Of a DNA stretch of 64,000 bases, positions 11,913 through 24,430 are shown piece by piece. The first letter of the stretch is position 1. The number at the start of each line of letters is the position of its first letter. A program made the position numbers and the translations under genes. Origin of the DNA: Octopus bimaculoides (taxonomy: Eukaryota); NCBI RefSeq assembly GCF_001194135.2, contig NC_068997.1, positions 56,348,776 through 56,412,775 on the forward strand, read 5' to 3'. Under the pieces are notes generated by a model. The model was given only the letters and a program-made list of their open reading frames with translations. It made no database searches and was not told the origin of the DNA.

Positions 11913-13689
11913 CAGCAGCAGCAGCAGAAGCTGCAGTACTAATGCTGAAGGTATTTGAACAGCTAAAAGTGTTAAACTCCCGGTCACCAGATTTTAAAGT
12001 TCCCACGCTGGTTGGTTGCCTTGTAAATTGGAATTCAACAAAAGTTCTGGCCAGAAAGATGTGGCACTTAAAAGACCAGACACGGCGGAAGAGAGAAAAG
12101 TGGAAGGAAAGAAAGAGAGAAAGAAAAAGAAGTGAAACAAAGAATGGAGAGAAAAAGTGTGTTGAAGAGGTCAAGCTGAAAAAAGGTTTCCAGAAACAAA
12201 AGGAAAATTTGTAACAAACTTTTGTTGCTTCAGTTTTAAAGAAACTAGTTCTAGTATAATAGGAGCAGCAACAAAAACACAGACACACAAACACACGTAT
12301 ATATCTGTATATATACATAAATATATATATATATGTGTATATGTGTGTGTATATATATATATATGTACACACACACACACACCCACACACAAATACAGAA
12401 TAACTCCAGTTACCCTCCAAAACAATCCCACATGACCACCACATCTTGTTACCAAATATAACCCCTATTGAAGAACTTTTGAAAAATACTTTTCTATATT
12501 GAAAGAGAAAGTTTTACCCAAAGAAAAGAAAGCAGATAAAATGTGATGGAATGACATAAGATAACAATGTTCTCCTCACTTTTCTCTTCAAATAAAAATC
12601 TCAATGTGCCACCATCTTGATATTTTCATTTGTTTTTTATTCATTTTTTTTTTTTTTAACGCCAGTCTTGAAGAACAATATCAAAGTGATGCTTCGATCA
12701 ATGATCGCAATATAGTTGGAGTTGAATACCTTTTGAGAAGAGATGCTGTTGTTCATGTTGTTGTTGTTGATAAGTGATAGAAAAGTTTTTAGATAACTTA
12801 TATTTTACATCGTTTTTGTTCTGTACTAGTCACTGCACACTTACTGTCTATGCAAGCAGATGTCTGGGTACACACACACACACACTGCACTCATATACAC
12901 ACATACACATGCTCACATATATCCCACATGCACAGATGCACACTCACACATCCATATATATACACACACATGCATATATATCCAAAATATTCCACCACAA
13001 ACATCGATTAAACTTTCAAATATGCTTCACCTCACATATCAAACACGTATATATATATACACACTTTAATGTTGATAAGTTCCCAACAGAGCTGTTTCTC
13101 TAAGTAACATCATCATCACAAAGCTAAACCAATGGCAAATGTTTCATATACACATAACTATATATATATGTGTATGTATGTGTGTATATATATATATATA
13201 TGTATTTATTTATTTATATATATATATTTACATATATACTTTATGGTTCTGCTCAGGTAGGATCCACAAAATTAAGTATCCCATCCTGTGAGTGATAGAT
13301 ATCATTTAATGTGCACAGTATCTGAAATAAGAGCTACGAATAGTTTCATTCCATGGAGACACTGAGATTAGAGATATTTTGTATAACATGTCTTGTGTCT
13401 CCAAGTAATCTTCATGCTCAAGGCACATGTGCCCTGAGCTTGGAGACACAAGGTATGCTAAATAAAACTGTTTAATCTCAGTGTCTCTAGGACAAGAAGC
13501 CATTCGCAGTTCTTATTTTAAATGTTGTGTACATTAAATGATGTTTACATAAGCATTTCTGTCACACGGGACCTTGAAGACTGCTAGAAAGCAGGAAAGT
13601 ATACTAGTCCTTAAATATTTAATATTCAATATTTCATTTATTCAATAAGACATTCAATGCTTCATTTCATTTTACTACTTATATTATAC

Positions 13690-14084
13690 ATTCCATATTC
13701 TATATCCCACATTAAATTCAAGACCAGATACTGAAATAGTCTAGGGTTGAAAGGCCCACAGCTCTTCCATGCCTTGCTGCAAAAATCAAGAAATCTACGT
13801 AAAGTGGACGTAGATGTCTTCAAAAAGGAACTAGACATCCTCCTCTCCACAATACCGGATGAACCAACGGCCCAGCATGAGGTGCAGACGAGGGCAGCAG
13901 AATCAAACTCCCTCATACACCAAATGGGACAACAGCTGGGACAAAGGCACAGACAGGAGGGGTGATGTGAAACCACACCCAGCCTAAAGAAATCAGTCGA
14001 AGGATAATCATAAGTAGTGATGCAAAAAACCTGGTGGTGCTCCAGCATGACTGCAGCTGCGTGCCTTAAATGAATAAAAGAATA
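13690..14084 (+). mobile_element. 5'-truncated CR1-group (CR1/L2-like) LINE, ORF2 C-terminus plus 3'UTR
   Basis: Frame reads KTRY*NSLGLKGPQLFHALLQKSRNLRKVDVDVFKKELDILLSTIPDEPT...RAAESNSLIHQ, matching the NSxxxxGPxLFN...FKxxLDxxL...PDxP...RAAxSNSL C-terminus of CR1-group ORF2. One in-frame stop. Ends in GGTGGTGCTCCAGCATG...TAAAAGAATA. Confidence 0.75.
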
Positions 14085-15540
14085 CATACATATATGTATG
14101 TATATATATATATATATTTATTTATATATACATATATGCACACACACACACACATACATATTTATACATATGTACATAATTCTTAAACAAGAATATTATT
14201 GACTGTGACTTCAAAGTTTCAGCCATTTAAGCCTCTCTTTTCCAGTTAATGTTAGGAAAGCATTCTCATCACAACAGAACTGTTATGTTTATGTTTGTTT
14301 TCATGTTCAGTTATAATAAAAATAATTTTACATTAATCTGATGGCTTACTCTATACTTCAGTTGAGTACAAACTTTGAAGTCACTATCAATAATATTCTT
14401 GTCGAAGAATAATAAATTTGTAATCTATAGAAGTAAAGTATAGTCACCCATCAGATTAATATGTGTGTGTGTGTGTGTGTATACATACACATACACACAT
14501 AGATACATGCATACATTCATTCATACATACATTCATACACACGCGCATACATACATTTATGTGTGTTTATCTATATAACCATATATACATACACACACCC
14601 ATCCACACACACATATATATGGTTACATTTCTAGATACTGTTTTATTCTGTTACTGTAAATTGGTGAAAGCTGAACTCATTCCAATATATCATGTCATTC
14701 TTTCTGTAATGCCAGCCATCACTCCCTCTCCCCTGAGTTACTTCCTTTTCAAATCCATTCTTCTCTCTTTCCATTATCTTCAACTAATATTTGCCATTGG
14801 CGACACCCACCCCTCATTCCCCATTCAATACATTTATTACAACATTTCCGATGGCCTCCACCTCTCGTTCTTTCCTGTATACACACAAATCCTTGCAACA
14901 TTTCTCATCCCTTCCTTATGCTTTTGTCTCTATGCTTTCTTCTGTGTTCGCTTTTTGGGCATGGTCTTTTGAGGCCTCACTCTGGCACTTCATAACCCCC
15001 ACAGTCAACCACCCCAAACGACCATACATGATGCAGGTCTGTCTTGAATCTTCTCCACACCAATAAACCAGTTCCTGTTTTTCCTCTCATAATCTAATCT
15101 CCTCAGCATCTAATATAAAGCCACATCCCTCTCTTTGGTTCTCATTCTCAATCAAAGGGGACTCTTTAGTTTCATAGGTTACAAGACAATCTCTCTAAGA
15201 TTTGGTTGGATGAAGAACGCACTCAATACTCTCTGTAAGGTGATAGGCGTTGGGAAGGGTTTGCAGACACAGAAGGCCATGCTGAAACTGGGACATTGGA
15301 GCAAGCGATGGAAAACAAACAAGAAATGGTGATGACGATGACGATGACGACAATGCTGACGACGATGGTGATGATGATGATAATGTTGATGACAGTACAA
15401 CACTACATATTTCTATGCCCAAGAGACAACCTGGATGAGAACAAGTGAAATAAAATTTAATATGGCTGGCATCAATTTTATTATTCACCTTTTCAGGCTC
15501 AACAAATAAAGCGTTGATGCCAGAGCAGGGTCATATATGT

Positions 15541-15696
15541 ATACGACGGGCTTCTTTCAGTTTCCACCTACCAAATCCACTCACAAGGCTTTGGTCAGCC
15601 CAAGGCTGTAGCAGAAGGTACGTGCCCAAGGTGCCACACAGTAGAACTGAACCCAGAACTATGTGGTTGGGAAGCAAGCTTCTTACCACACAGCCA
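15541..15696 (-). mobile_element. SINE family A, 5' half
   Basis: Reverse complement of TGGCTGTGTGGTAAGAAGCTTGCTTCCCAACCACATAGTTCTGGGTTCAGTTC...GGAAACTGAAAGAAGCCCGTCGTAT. Confidence 0.85.
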
Positions 15697-17091
15697 TCAT
15701 TATTATCATCACCATTATCATGATCATCATTATCATATAATGTCTGCTTTCCATTCTGGCAGAGTTCGAGAGTTTGACTAGAACTGATTAGCTGGAGAGC
15801 TGCACCAGGTTCCAGTTGGGTTTGGCATGGTTTCTACAGCTGGATGCCCTTCCTAATGCCAATATATATATATATATATATACACATACACATAGGTTTT
15901 TTTTATTTGGGATTTAACAAGGCTACCATTGGTGTCATGCTAAGAGAAATTTCTCAACAGTTATCAAGTATGCTACATGGGAATGTTGGTACTTGTCTTG
16001 TTCTTTGGTGGAGTACCAATGTCTCATGTCGAGGTTTGGTAATTGTTGAGAAATTGCTCTTGACATGAAACAAATGTTAGCCTAATTAACTCACAAATAA
16101 AGAATATTCATTCACTAATGTGGTGTTGAGCACTTATTCTCACTGTAACATATTAGCACACACACAGACGTATATATGGTATCTGAGCATGTTTATGATG
16201 TCAGATCTTCACGCTACACAAACACACACTTGAGAGAGAGAAAATTAAAAAGCGAGAATAAAGGAAGAAAGGAGAGAGAGAGAGAGAGAGGTCTTTTGAG
16301 AACAGCTTGTATGTTTGTTTCCTATTCTTTTCTGCTGTTTATCCATTATTTTCCTCCTCTACATGTGTCTATCAAACACTTTATTCCATTCACACCTTTG
16401 TACAGTGTTTTAGTGTAAACTCTCAACAAAGATCCTCTACCCTTTAAATGCTCTGCAGCCTGCAGGCCATTATCACGCTGCTTGAAAGCAGTTTGATGCT
16501 AAGAAAGTTTTTAACCTTACAAGAAGCAGAAAGAAGAAAATAAATGAAAAGTTAGAGTGTGTAGTATCAATATAACAAGTGGTTCATATTAAAGAGTGTT
16601 GCAAAGGTGGATTTTAAAAAAAAAAATTGACAAGAGAAAACAGAAACCAAACTGCAGAAAAACTTTAGCGTAAACTAGAAAGCTTGTTGTGTTGTGTTTG
16701 TGTTGTTTGTATTGCGAGATTTTGAAAGACAGTTCTTGGAATCATTCTCATCTTTGTGACAACATCTAAATTACTGTTAACTAGCCTTGATGTTTTGTTA
16801 TATACATCCGATACACAGGCAAGTATCTATGGTAACCATGGCTTTTAATGGGAAAAAAGAATAATGGACATACAGACATCTATGCATACACGTCCACATA
16901 CAATATATTTATATGCACAGAAACACACACACACACACTCGTATATATGTGTGTGGGTGTATATATTTTAGCTATACTGAAAGGTAATGTCATATCTCAT
17001 GTGATGAGTTCAAATCAGCATAAAATATATTGTAAATATATTACTTCATTTAAAATATAATCGCTGTCAGTAGATAACTCCCCCCCCCCCC

Positions 17092-17103
17092 NNNNNNNNN
17101 NNN
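17092..17103. other. Assembly gap (N)
   Basis: N run after a poly-C tract. Confidence 0.99.
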
Positions 17104-17628
17104 AAACTCATTTTCTGATTCCTCAGGTTAAAGAATCAGGTTCTTTAGAAGTGAAAAATGCTTGCAGTGCTGTTCCATTCTTTCTGAATGTCTTTTTTTT
17201 TTTTGTTTGTTTTCTGAGAAAGATGTTCAAGAAAGTTGAATAAGTGAAAATCTGATTGTGTTACATCTGGTCATTAAGAAGGGTGAGGAAGGGCCAGCCA
17301 GGCTAATGAATTTGTCTGTTCTTGGATTATCTTTGTTGAATGTGAGACCTTTATTTTCTGGGGCAGCTCAGGAGGTTGCAATTTCCTGTCTTTATACATT
17401 TCTCTGATCTGCTCAAGACGATGTTGCACAGTGGACCAAGGCTTATGAAGCCTCTGTGGAGAGTCCTCAATATTTTGGCACAGATCCACTTGTAGCACGG
17501 TGTCAGACTATTTCCTTGAAAATATGATATTACTTTAGGATACCCCTAATATATTTATATGGACACGAGCACAGACAAACTCACGTATGTGTGTATATAC
17601 ACATATGTGTGCATATACATATATACAT

Positions 17629-17675
17629 ATATAATTAAGGGATCAGCAAATATTTTGCTGATCCCTTAATTATAT
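17629..17675. repeat. Perfect 22-bp inverted repeat with 3-nt loop
   Basis: ATATAATTAAGGGATCAGCAAA-TAT-TTTGCTGATCCCTTAATTATAT, checked base by base. Confidence 0.95.
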
Positions 17676-17918
17676 TTATAAATATATGAACTTTTGAATA
17701 AGTTCTCCACCAATAATGGTGCTTTCATACCGATGGGCTTGGTAAAAATTATTAATTATTAATTGATTTATTAATTAATAAATTGATAATCCTTTACCCT
17801 TTTAATTTATATACATATATAAATATATATCCTAGCAACTGTGTGCATGCTTGTAATTATGAAATCATGGGTGCGTGTATCTGGGTATTTGCGTATATAG
17901 ACTATACAGAGATACTTG

Positions 17919-18168
17919 TATCATCATCATCATCATCATCATCGTTTAACGTCCGTTTTCCATGCTGGCATGGGTTGAATGGTTTGACAGGGATCTGGGA
18001 AGCCAGGAGGCTGTACCAGGCTCCAGTCTGATCTAGCAGAGTTTCTACAGCTGGATGCCCTTCCTAATGCCAACTACTCCGAGATTGTAGTGGGTGCTTT
18101 TTACGTGCCCACTGACACAGGGGTCAGAGGGGGCTGGCATCAACCACAATTGGATGGTGCTTTTTAAC
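17919..18168 (-). mobile_element. RTE 3'UTR-derived short copy
   Basis: (CAT)n-CGTTTAACGTCC...CTGGATGCCCTTCCTAATGCCAAC..., same family as 240-750. Confidence 0.85.
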
Positions 18169-18245
18169 CTCATCTGCAGCAGAAAGAGGCATTAGAACTG
18201 TTCACCCATATTGATCATTAAAGCCCTCCCCACCTTCCCCCACCC

Positions 18246-18508
18246 CAACTGGCTCCTTTGCCGGTAGCATGTAAAAAGCACCATCCAAATGTGGCCGATG
18301 TCAGTGCCGCCTGACTGGCTCCCATGCCGGTGGCACGTAAGAAGCACCCACTACACTCTCAGAATGGTTGGCGTTAGGAAGGGCATCCAGCTGTAGAAAC
18401 GTTGCCAGATTAGATTGGAGCCTGATGCAGCCTCCTGGCCTGCCAGTCCCAAGTCGAACCGTCCAACCCATGCCAGCATGGAAAATGGACATTAAACGAT
18501 GATGATGA
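18246..18508 (+). mobile_element. RTE 3'UTR-derived short copy, inverted relative to 17919-18168
   Basis: ...GTTGGCGTTAGGAAGGGCATCCAGCTGTAGAAAC...CCAACCCATGCCAGCATGGAAAATGGACATTAAACGATGATGATG. Confidence 0.85.
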
Positions 18509-19762
18509 GACCTGCAACAACTCTGTCCACCTTCCTCTCTTCCTAACAGCCATCATCTCAATGTTTATTGAAATAATTGCATCATATTTAATCTCATTTG
18601 AGTTGTTTGGAAATATATTCTTGAACAAAAGATGTGTGTCCCTTTGGTACAACTTTTGTATGATTGCTAACAGTTTAAACTCTATGTCAGGACAATGAGT
18701 TCATTATTGTTTAACTCCGATCACACGTCTCTACTTTAATGCTTACCAAATTCTACAATCAATATTTCTACACACGATCTTTATATTATTTTCAGTTGCT
18801 TTTTGTATTTTGATTGAACTCTACTTTGATTGGAAATCTCCAACTGACATGTTCTACACCATTTTGTCTACTTAGATAAGTCAACATAAATGAAGAACCT
18901 CGCTCAATAGAATCGTAAAGTTGAAACAGGTGTAATGTGGGCCCTTGAATGAAATATGAGAAAAGCCCAACATCCTTATTGTCTGTTAAATACTTCATTG
19001 TAAGAAATCAGTTTTACTCTGGTTAACAAAGAACAAACAAACAGACACACACACACACACATGTATGTATATCTATTCATCTCTCTATCTGTCTGTCTGT
19101 CTGTCTATCTATTTATCTATCTATCTATCTATCACATCTGCCTTTCATGCTATATATATATATATACACATACACAGACATGCACACTTAGATAAATAGA
19201 TAGCAACATACATATGTACGCATGCGTGTGTATTTGAGCATTTCAATCAATATATACAACCTTGAAATGTCTATAGAACCCCGGATTATCGCTCAGTGCA
19301 AAGACATAATTTAATATTAAAGAGAAATTGAGAAACTGCTTCATGTATATTTACTTGTGGGTGCAAACAGGAAATGTCTTGCCTTTCTAACACCCTCTTT
19401 TAAATACACTGCTGTGAGTTTTTATGAGGTTTTCCGAGAAGTTTTTCATGGTTATACCATGGTTGTATTTCATTTCTCTATAAGCACCATTCAAATATGT
19501 TTTTCTCTTTTTACTATGAAACTCTTTTCAAATCATGACTCAAACATTATTTACATTTAAAAAGATACACAAGAATAAATATAAAACCTGTACCATACAA
19601 CTAAACTTGAAGTATAACAGAATATGTGTGTTGATAGGTAGCAAAAGGAGTTAGCTACGATGTGGTCATTCAGTTTGCTTGACATAGCAGCTAAATGGAA
19701 GACCAAATCAATAGAAAGGGGCTATGTCCTTGATGTATTCAATCCCTCTAAGACTAGTGAGA

Positions 19763-19995
19763 TACATGAGGAGCATTCGATAGGTATTCGACTATTTCTT
19801 CCTACCAAAACGAATGCTGTGTGGAGAAAGCCCTTTGGGTGGGAGGTGACGCCACCCTTCCTGCACATACATGATTTTGCACTTGTAGGACTAGGGTACC
19901 CACATATAGTATGTGCTGCCTAGGGTACAGACGTGTAGTATGTGCCCATTGGATTGTTATTTTCCCATAAGATGACCGAACGCATCAAGCAGAGA
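19763..19995 (+). mobile_element. Mariner 5' end (TIR-like sequence, leader and start of transposase)
   Basis: Begins TA-CATGAGGAGCATTCGATAGGTATTCGAC, resembling a mariner TIR. ATG at 19972 gives MTERIKQR, like the MxERIEQR N-terminus of mariner transposases. Confidence 0.55.
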
Positions 19996-20133
19996 CCCTA
20001 AACCCATGTTTCATCACCACCAGTGAGGATGGTCTCCATGAAGTCTGTGGTTTGCCCAGTCCAGCATATCCTGAGCAGTTTCCATGTGCAGTTATTTTTG
20101 CAGCAGTTCCAGAAGGTTAATACTTTGGGGCAG
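19996..20133 (-). pseudogene. Inverted internal mariner transposase fragment
   Basis: With frameshifts it reads PKVLT...METAQDMLDWAN...DFMETILTGGDETWV*G, matching the mariner PKLLT...AQDML...F...ITGDETWVYG block (first catalytic Asp). Confidence 0.8.
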
Positions 20134-21024
20134 AAGGATTGTAATTTAGTTAAAATGTAACCAAGCAACCTCTCTCTGGTAGAAATCCACATCATGTCAG
20201 TGTGCTTTGGCTGGTTACGAGATGCTCTGTTTTAAGAAGACCCTTGCATTCACACCCACACACCCTCGCTTTTATTATTTTGTCTTATCGCTCAAATTTT
20301 CTCTCTGCTTCACCTGCTCTCTTCCTTTCTTTTTCTCTGCCCCCTTTTCCCTCTGTCTCTTATTATAAATGGTCCCTGGATGGTAGACAGGGATCAAAAA
20401 TATTCCAGCCATGACTTTCCTCCCAATTTTGTTTCATCCAGGGATTTACATTAACCAATGTCATTTATCTTTTATCTCTCGCTTGTTTCACTCATTGGAC
20501 TACAGCCATTGCTGGAACACCATGTTGAAGGGTTTAACCAAACAATCTACTCCAGTAGTTATTTTTAACGCTGGTTACTTATTCTATTGATTTCTTTCAC
20601 CAAACCACTAAGTTATGGAAGCGTAAGATACGCATTTTTGTAAAAAACAAAACATATAACTGTTTTTTATTGGAGGGAGATTTGGCTGCAACTTTTAGCA
20701 GACTTATCAATGTGCAGAGACTTCGATGTTGAATGGAGGGAAGCTGAGATGCTTTGGTGAAATTTTGCTGCAAGTTCATATAAATTAAGAAGTGAATATG
20801 AAATAGCTTTTATTGATTTTAGTGTTGTAGCTTAAATATGAAGGAATTAGATAAAAGTGGATGATAGTGAAGGTGTAAACTGTAAATGACTTACTGACAC
20901 TATAAAGATTATTTTATTACATATTGAAGAGGGTGAAGGAGAGAGGTGGGAGGAAAAGAGAGAGAGAGAGAGAGAGTGAGTAAATGTATGCATGTGTGTT
21001 GAGATGAGAGAAATTGGAGAAATA

Positions 21025-21060
<36 letters not shown>

Positions 21061-21082
21061 TGTGTGTGTGTGTGTATATACG

Positions 21083-21113
<31 letters not shown>

Positions 21114-21189
21114 CTATGTTTATAAATTCATATATATATATATATATATATTTAAAGTGACAGTGAAAGAAAGAAAATTACATGTATAT

Positions 21190-21235
<46 letters not shown>

Positions 21236-22096
21236 ACCTAGACATACTGAGAAAGAGAGCAAAAATGTATGAGCATGTAGAAACAAGAGAAAAAGAAAAT
21301 ATATAAATATACGTATATATATATTCATATTTGTATATACATATTTAAATAAATATATATGTACATGTATATGTATATATATATATACCTATTTATATAT
21401 ATCTACACACACACACACATGTATATACTTGTATTTATATACACGTATATAAATACATATATGTGTGTGTATATATATGTACATATATAGATGTATATAT
21501 ATGTCCACACATACTGAGAGGGAAAGAAGGAGCAGGTGGGGCCGGAGACAGCAAGAGTGAGGTCTGATGGTTACATTCTAAGTAAACTGCTGTTCCATAT
21601 TCTTTAAAGTTCATTACAACAAAGAGAAAATGGTTTAGGAATTGGTTCTTCTAAGACATGAGACTCAAGTCTTTGATTTCTCAAGCAAAACTTTGCTATA
21701 TAATATGTCTGTTGATATAAGCATATGCGTATATGTGAAGATGTGTGTGTTTGTGTAAATAAATGGGTATTAGTGTAAATGCATTTGTTTTTGTAGACAT
21801 ATGTGTTAGTGTGTATATGTGCATTACTATGATTATCCATGCATGAGTGCTAACATGTGTGTTAGTGTAAATATTTCTGTGTATAAATGTTCGTTGATGT
21901 TAATATTGATTATTGTATGTGTATATATCTGTGAGTATATATATATATATATATATATACCAGGCCACTGGTATTTATAGACTGTTAAACACTTTTGGTA
22001 TGCGAATTAGGGACTCCTTCATAGAATAATTGTTACATTTGTTGAGTATATAAACAGTTTGGCTGTTTGTTTCCCCGCGTGATTGTCACAATGATG

Positions 22097-22151
22097 TGGA
22101 CGCCTCTGATGAGAACCCAATAAAGCTCGAAAAATTGATTAATGTTGTTCA
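22097..22151 (+). ncRNA. Degenerate type I hammerhead-ribozyme-like motif
   Basis: CTGATGA (22106-12), G...C-closed stem II (GAAC...GCTC, one mismatch), GAAA (22129-32). TGGACG can pair with TGTTCA downstream. Lies in a ~240-bp segment flanked by (TA)n on both sides. Confidence 0.35.
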
Positions 22152-22198
22152 TAATTTTTTTTCAGTCTGTTTATAAATTATACCATATATTATATATA

Positions 22199-22239
<41 letters not shown>

Positions 22240-22331
22240 NNNNNNNNNNNNNNNNNNNNNNNNNNNNNNNNNNNNNNNNNNNNNNNNNNNNNNNNNNNNN
22301 NNNNNNNNNNNNNNNNNNNNNNNNNNNNNNN
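22240..22331. other. Assembly gap (N)
   Basis: N run inside (TA)n. Confidence 0.99.
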
Positions 22332-22339
22332 TATATACA

Positions 22340-22556
22340 TACACGAGAGTATGCTGAAAAGTTTCTGGCTTTGAGTAAAAGAAAATACAAGAGGACCAGC
22401 TAATTCTGATTTCATTCAACATATTCCCCTCTCAGATTCACACATATATTGCAGTGGTCCTTCAGTTTTTCTAAGCCCTGAAAAAGAACTCAGAAGGTTA
22501 GGCCTCCAACCAAGCCTTTTGTGATGCCCTTAAAGCCGTCTCAGCACCCCTTTGTA
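22340..22556. mobile_element. Mariner-derived MITE
   Basis: TA-flanked, ~215 bp, non-coding. Left end TACACGAGAGTATGCTGAAAAGTTTCTGGCTTT and right end AAAGCC...TCAGCACCCCTTTGTA are imperfect inverted repeats. Confidence 0.65.
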
Positions 22557-22725
22557 TGTGTTTGTGTTATGGTAAATACGAATGTAAAAGTGTAATTACA
22601 TTTAATAGTGTTTGAGTAAATCAGTCATCCCTGCTTATTACCTGGTTCAATCACACACCCCATCTTGCCTAATTGCACTCTATCTTCTTGTCTTTTAATT
22701 GTGCATGCACGCATGCATGCACGCA

Positions 22726-22757
<32 letters not shown>

Positions 22758-24049
22758 CACACACACAATGTATTTTGGTTGGTCAGGTGTTGTTGATTTG
22801 GAAGAAAGAAAAGGCGATGGAGACTGGAAGAGCAGATGACCATGTCAAGAAGAATAAGGGAGCATCGGAGGTGACAACAGCAATGGGGGGGAGGAGGAGA
22901 ATGAGGGGGAAAAGAACGAGAGGGATGATGATGATGATGATGATGATGGTGATGAGAAAAAAGCAGGCTCGGAAGAAGAAGAGGAGAAGGAGGAGGAAGA
23001 AGAGTAATGGTTGTGGTGCCAAATATTAGAGAAGCTTTCCATGAAGTCTAAATTGTTGAAAATATAATTCTGCTCACTTTGCAAAATGTTAATGGTTTGG
23101 TGCCAGAGTTTCTAAACAATGGTAATTGCAGGAAAGCAAATGAAATTCTTCTAAGGAATTCTGCAAAAGAATATAAACTGAAAGAAAACAAATTAAAACT
23201 CCTTCAAAAAATTAGACGAATAGAATTGTCGAAACATTAGATATTCGTTAGAAAACAACATCTGAGCAATTAATGAGTTAATAGAAGTGGGGAGAATATT
23301 AAACGAAGGATGTTATTGAGAGTAATTGGTAAAATAATCAGGTGTGTTTATTCACAGCAATAATATAACGAGCTGAAATCTTCGTTAGCAAACATTCATA
23401 AATGACATCCAGCCAAATTCTTCACAAACTTTACACTTTTTATTCTCAGTGTCAAATGGGTAGGGGGTAGGGGTGAGGATGGAGGGGTGTTTGATGTACT
23501 TTTGTTTTTCATTATAGTTTTTATTGAACTTTGCACAACATTCCCACTCAGCTATACACAACAGCACAAACATATACACAAACATTCACACACACACACA
23601 CTCACACACACATTTATTGCTAAAGAACACTAACAACAACAGTAGCAACATTACCTCTGGGAATATCACTGTCATCATCATTGTTATCATCAGCATTGTC
23701 ATCATCATCAACATCATCATCATCTTCATTGTTACCATCATAATCATCATCACCATGATTATCTTCATTGTTCTTATCATTATCTTCTTTCATGTCGACA
23801 CACTCCTACAATGGCCTGCGCTACAGTTGGAAGCCTCTCTGATGCCAAACCATATTTAGTTTCAGCTCAGCTACTTTATTCTTCCCTCAAAGAATGAACT
23901 AACCATGTAAGGTGCACACAAGTCACTTTGTCTTCCTCTCATTTGTGGTGGGCACAACCATGCCTTCACCTCTTCAACCACACATCTAATTCTGACCCCC
24001 TAGCCTAGTTTCCTAACCCACAATCCTGTACCCCTGGCCAATTATTCAG

Positions 24050-24430
24050 TAACCTCACTGGTGCCGGTGCCACATAAAAGGCACCACAGTGTGAAGTGGT
24101 TGACCTTCTGAAGAGCAGCCAAGTCAAAGCAGACACTGGAGTTTGCTGCAGCCCTCTGGCTCATCAGTTCTTGTTCAACTGTCCAACCTGTGCCAGCACA
24201 GAAAAATGGACATTAAATGATGATGATGATGATTATATCATCATCATCATCATCATCATTTATGTCTGGTTTCCCTGTTGGCATGTGTTGAACAGTTTGG
24301 CAGGCTTCATCATGTTGAAGGATCATATTATCCTCCATTCTCTACTTATGCATAGTTTCCACAAGTGGCTGCCCTTCTTAATTCCATCCCCTTTATAGAG
24401 TGTAATACGTGCTTTATTCATGGCTCCAGC
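24050..24430. mobile_element. Two degenerate RTE 3'UTR copies arranged tail-to-tail
   Basis: Plus copy ends TGGACATTAAATGATGATGATGATG (~24233). Minus copy starts (CAT)n TTATGTCTGGTTTCCCTGTTGGCATGTGTTGAAC. Confidence 0.6.

Noticed and set aside
11752-12444. 230-aa minus-strand ORF and the overlapping 134-aa plus ORF
   Set aside because: Built largely from TG/TA, TC-rich and CTA/CTG repeats, with no recognisable domain.
14640-15130. Minus-strand frame with few stops over ~160 codons
   Set aside because: The purine-rich composition lowers stop frequency, and no transposon or host motif was recognised.
17274-17510. Protein-like minus-strand ORF (QVDLCQNIEDSPQRLHKPW...)
   Set aside because: An in-frame TAG lies just upstream, the best acceptor puts a different frame in register, and I recognise no homology.
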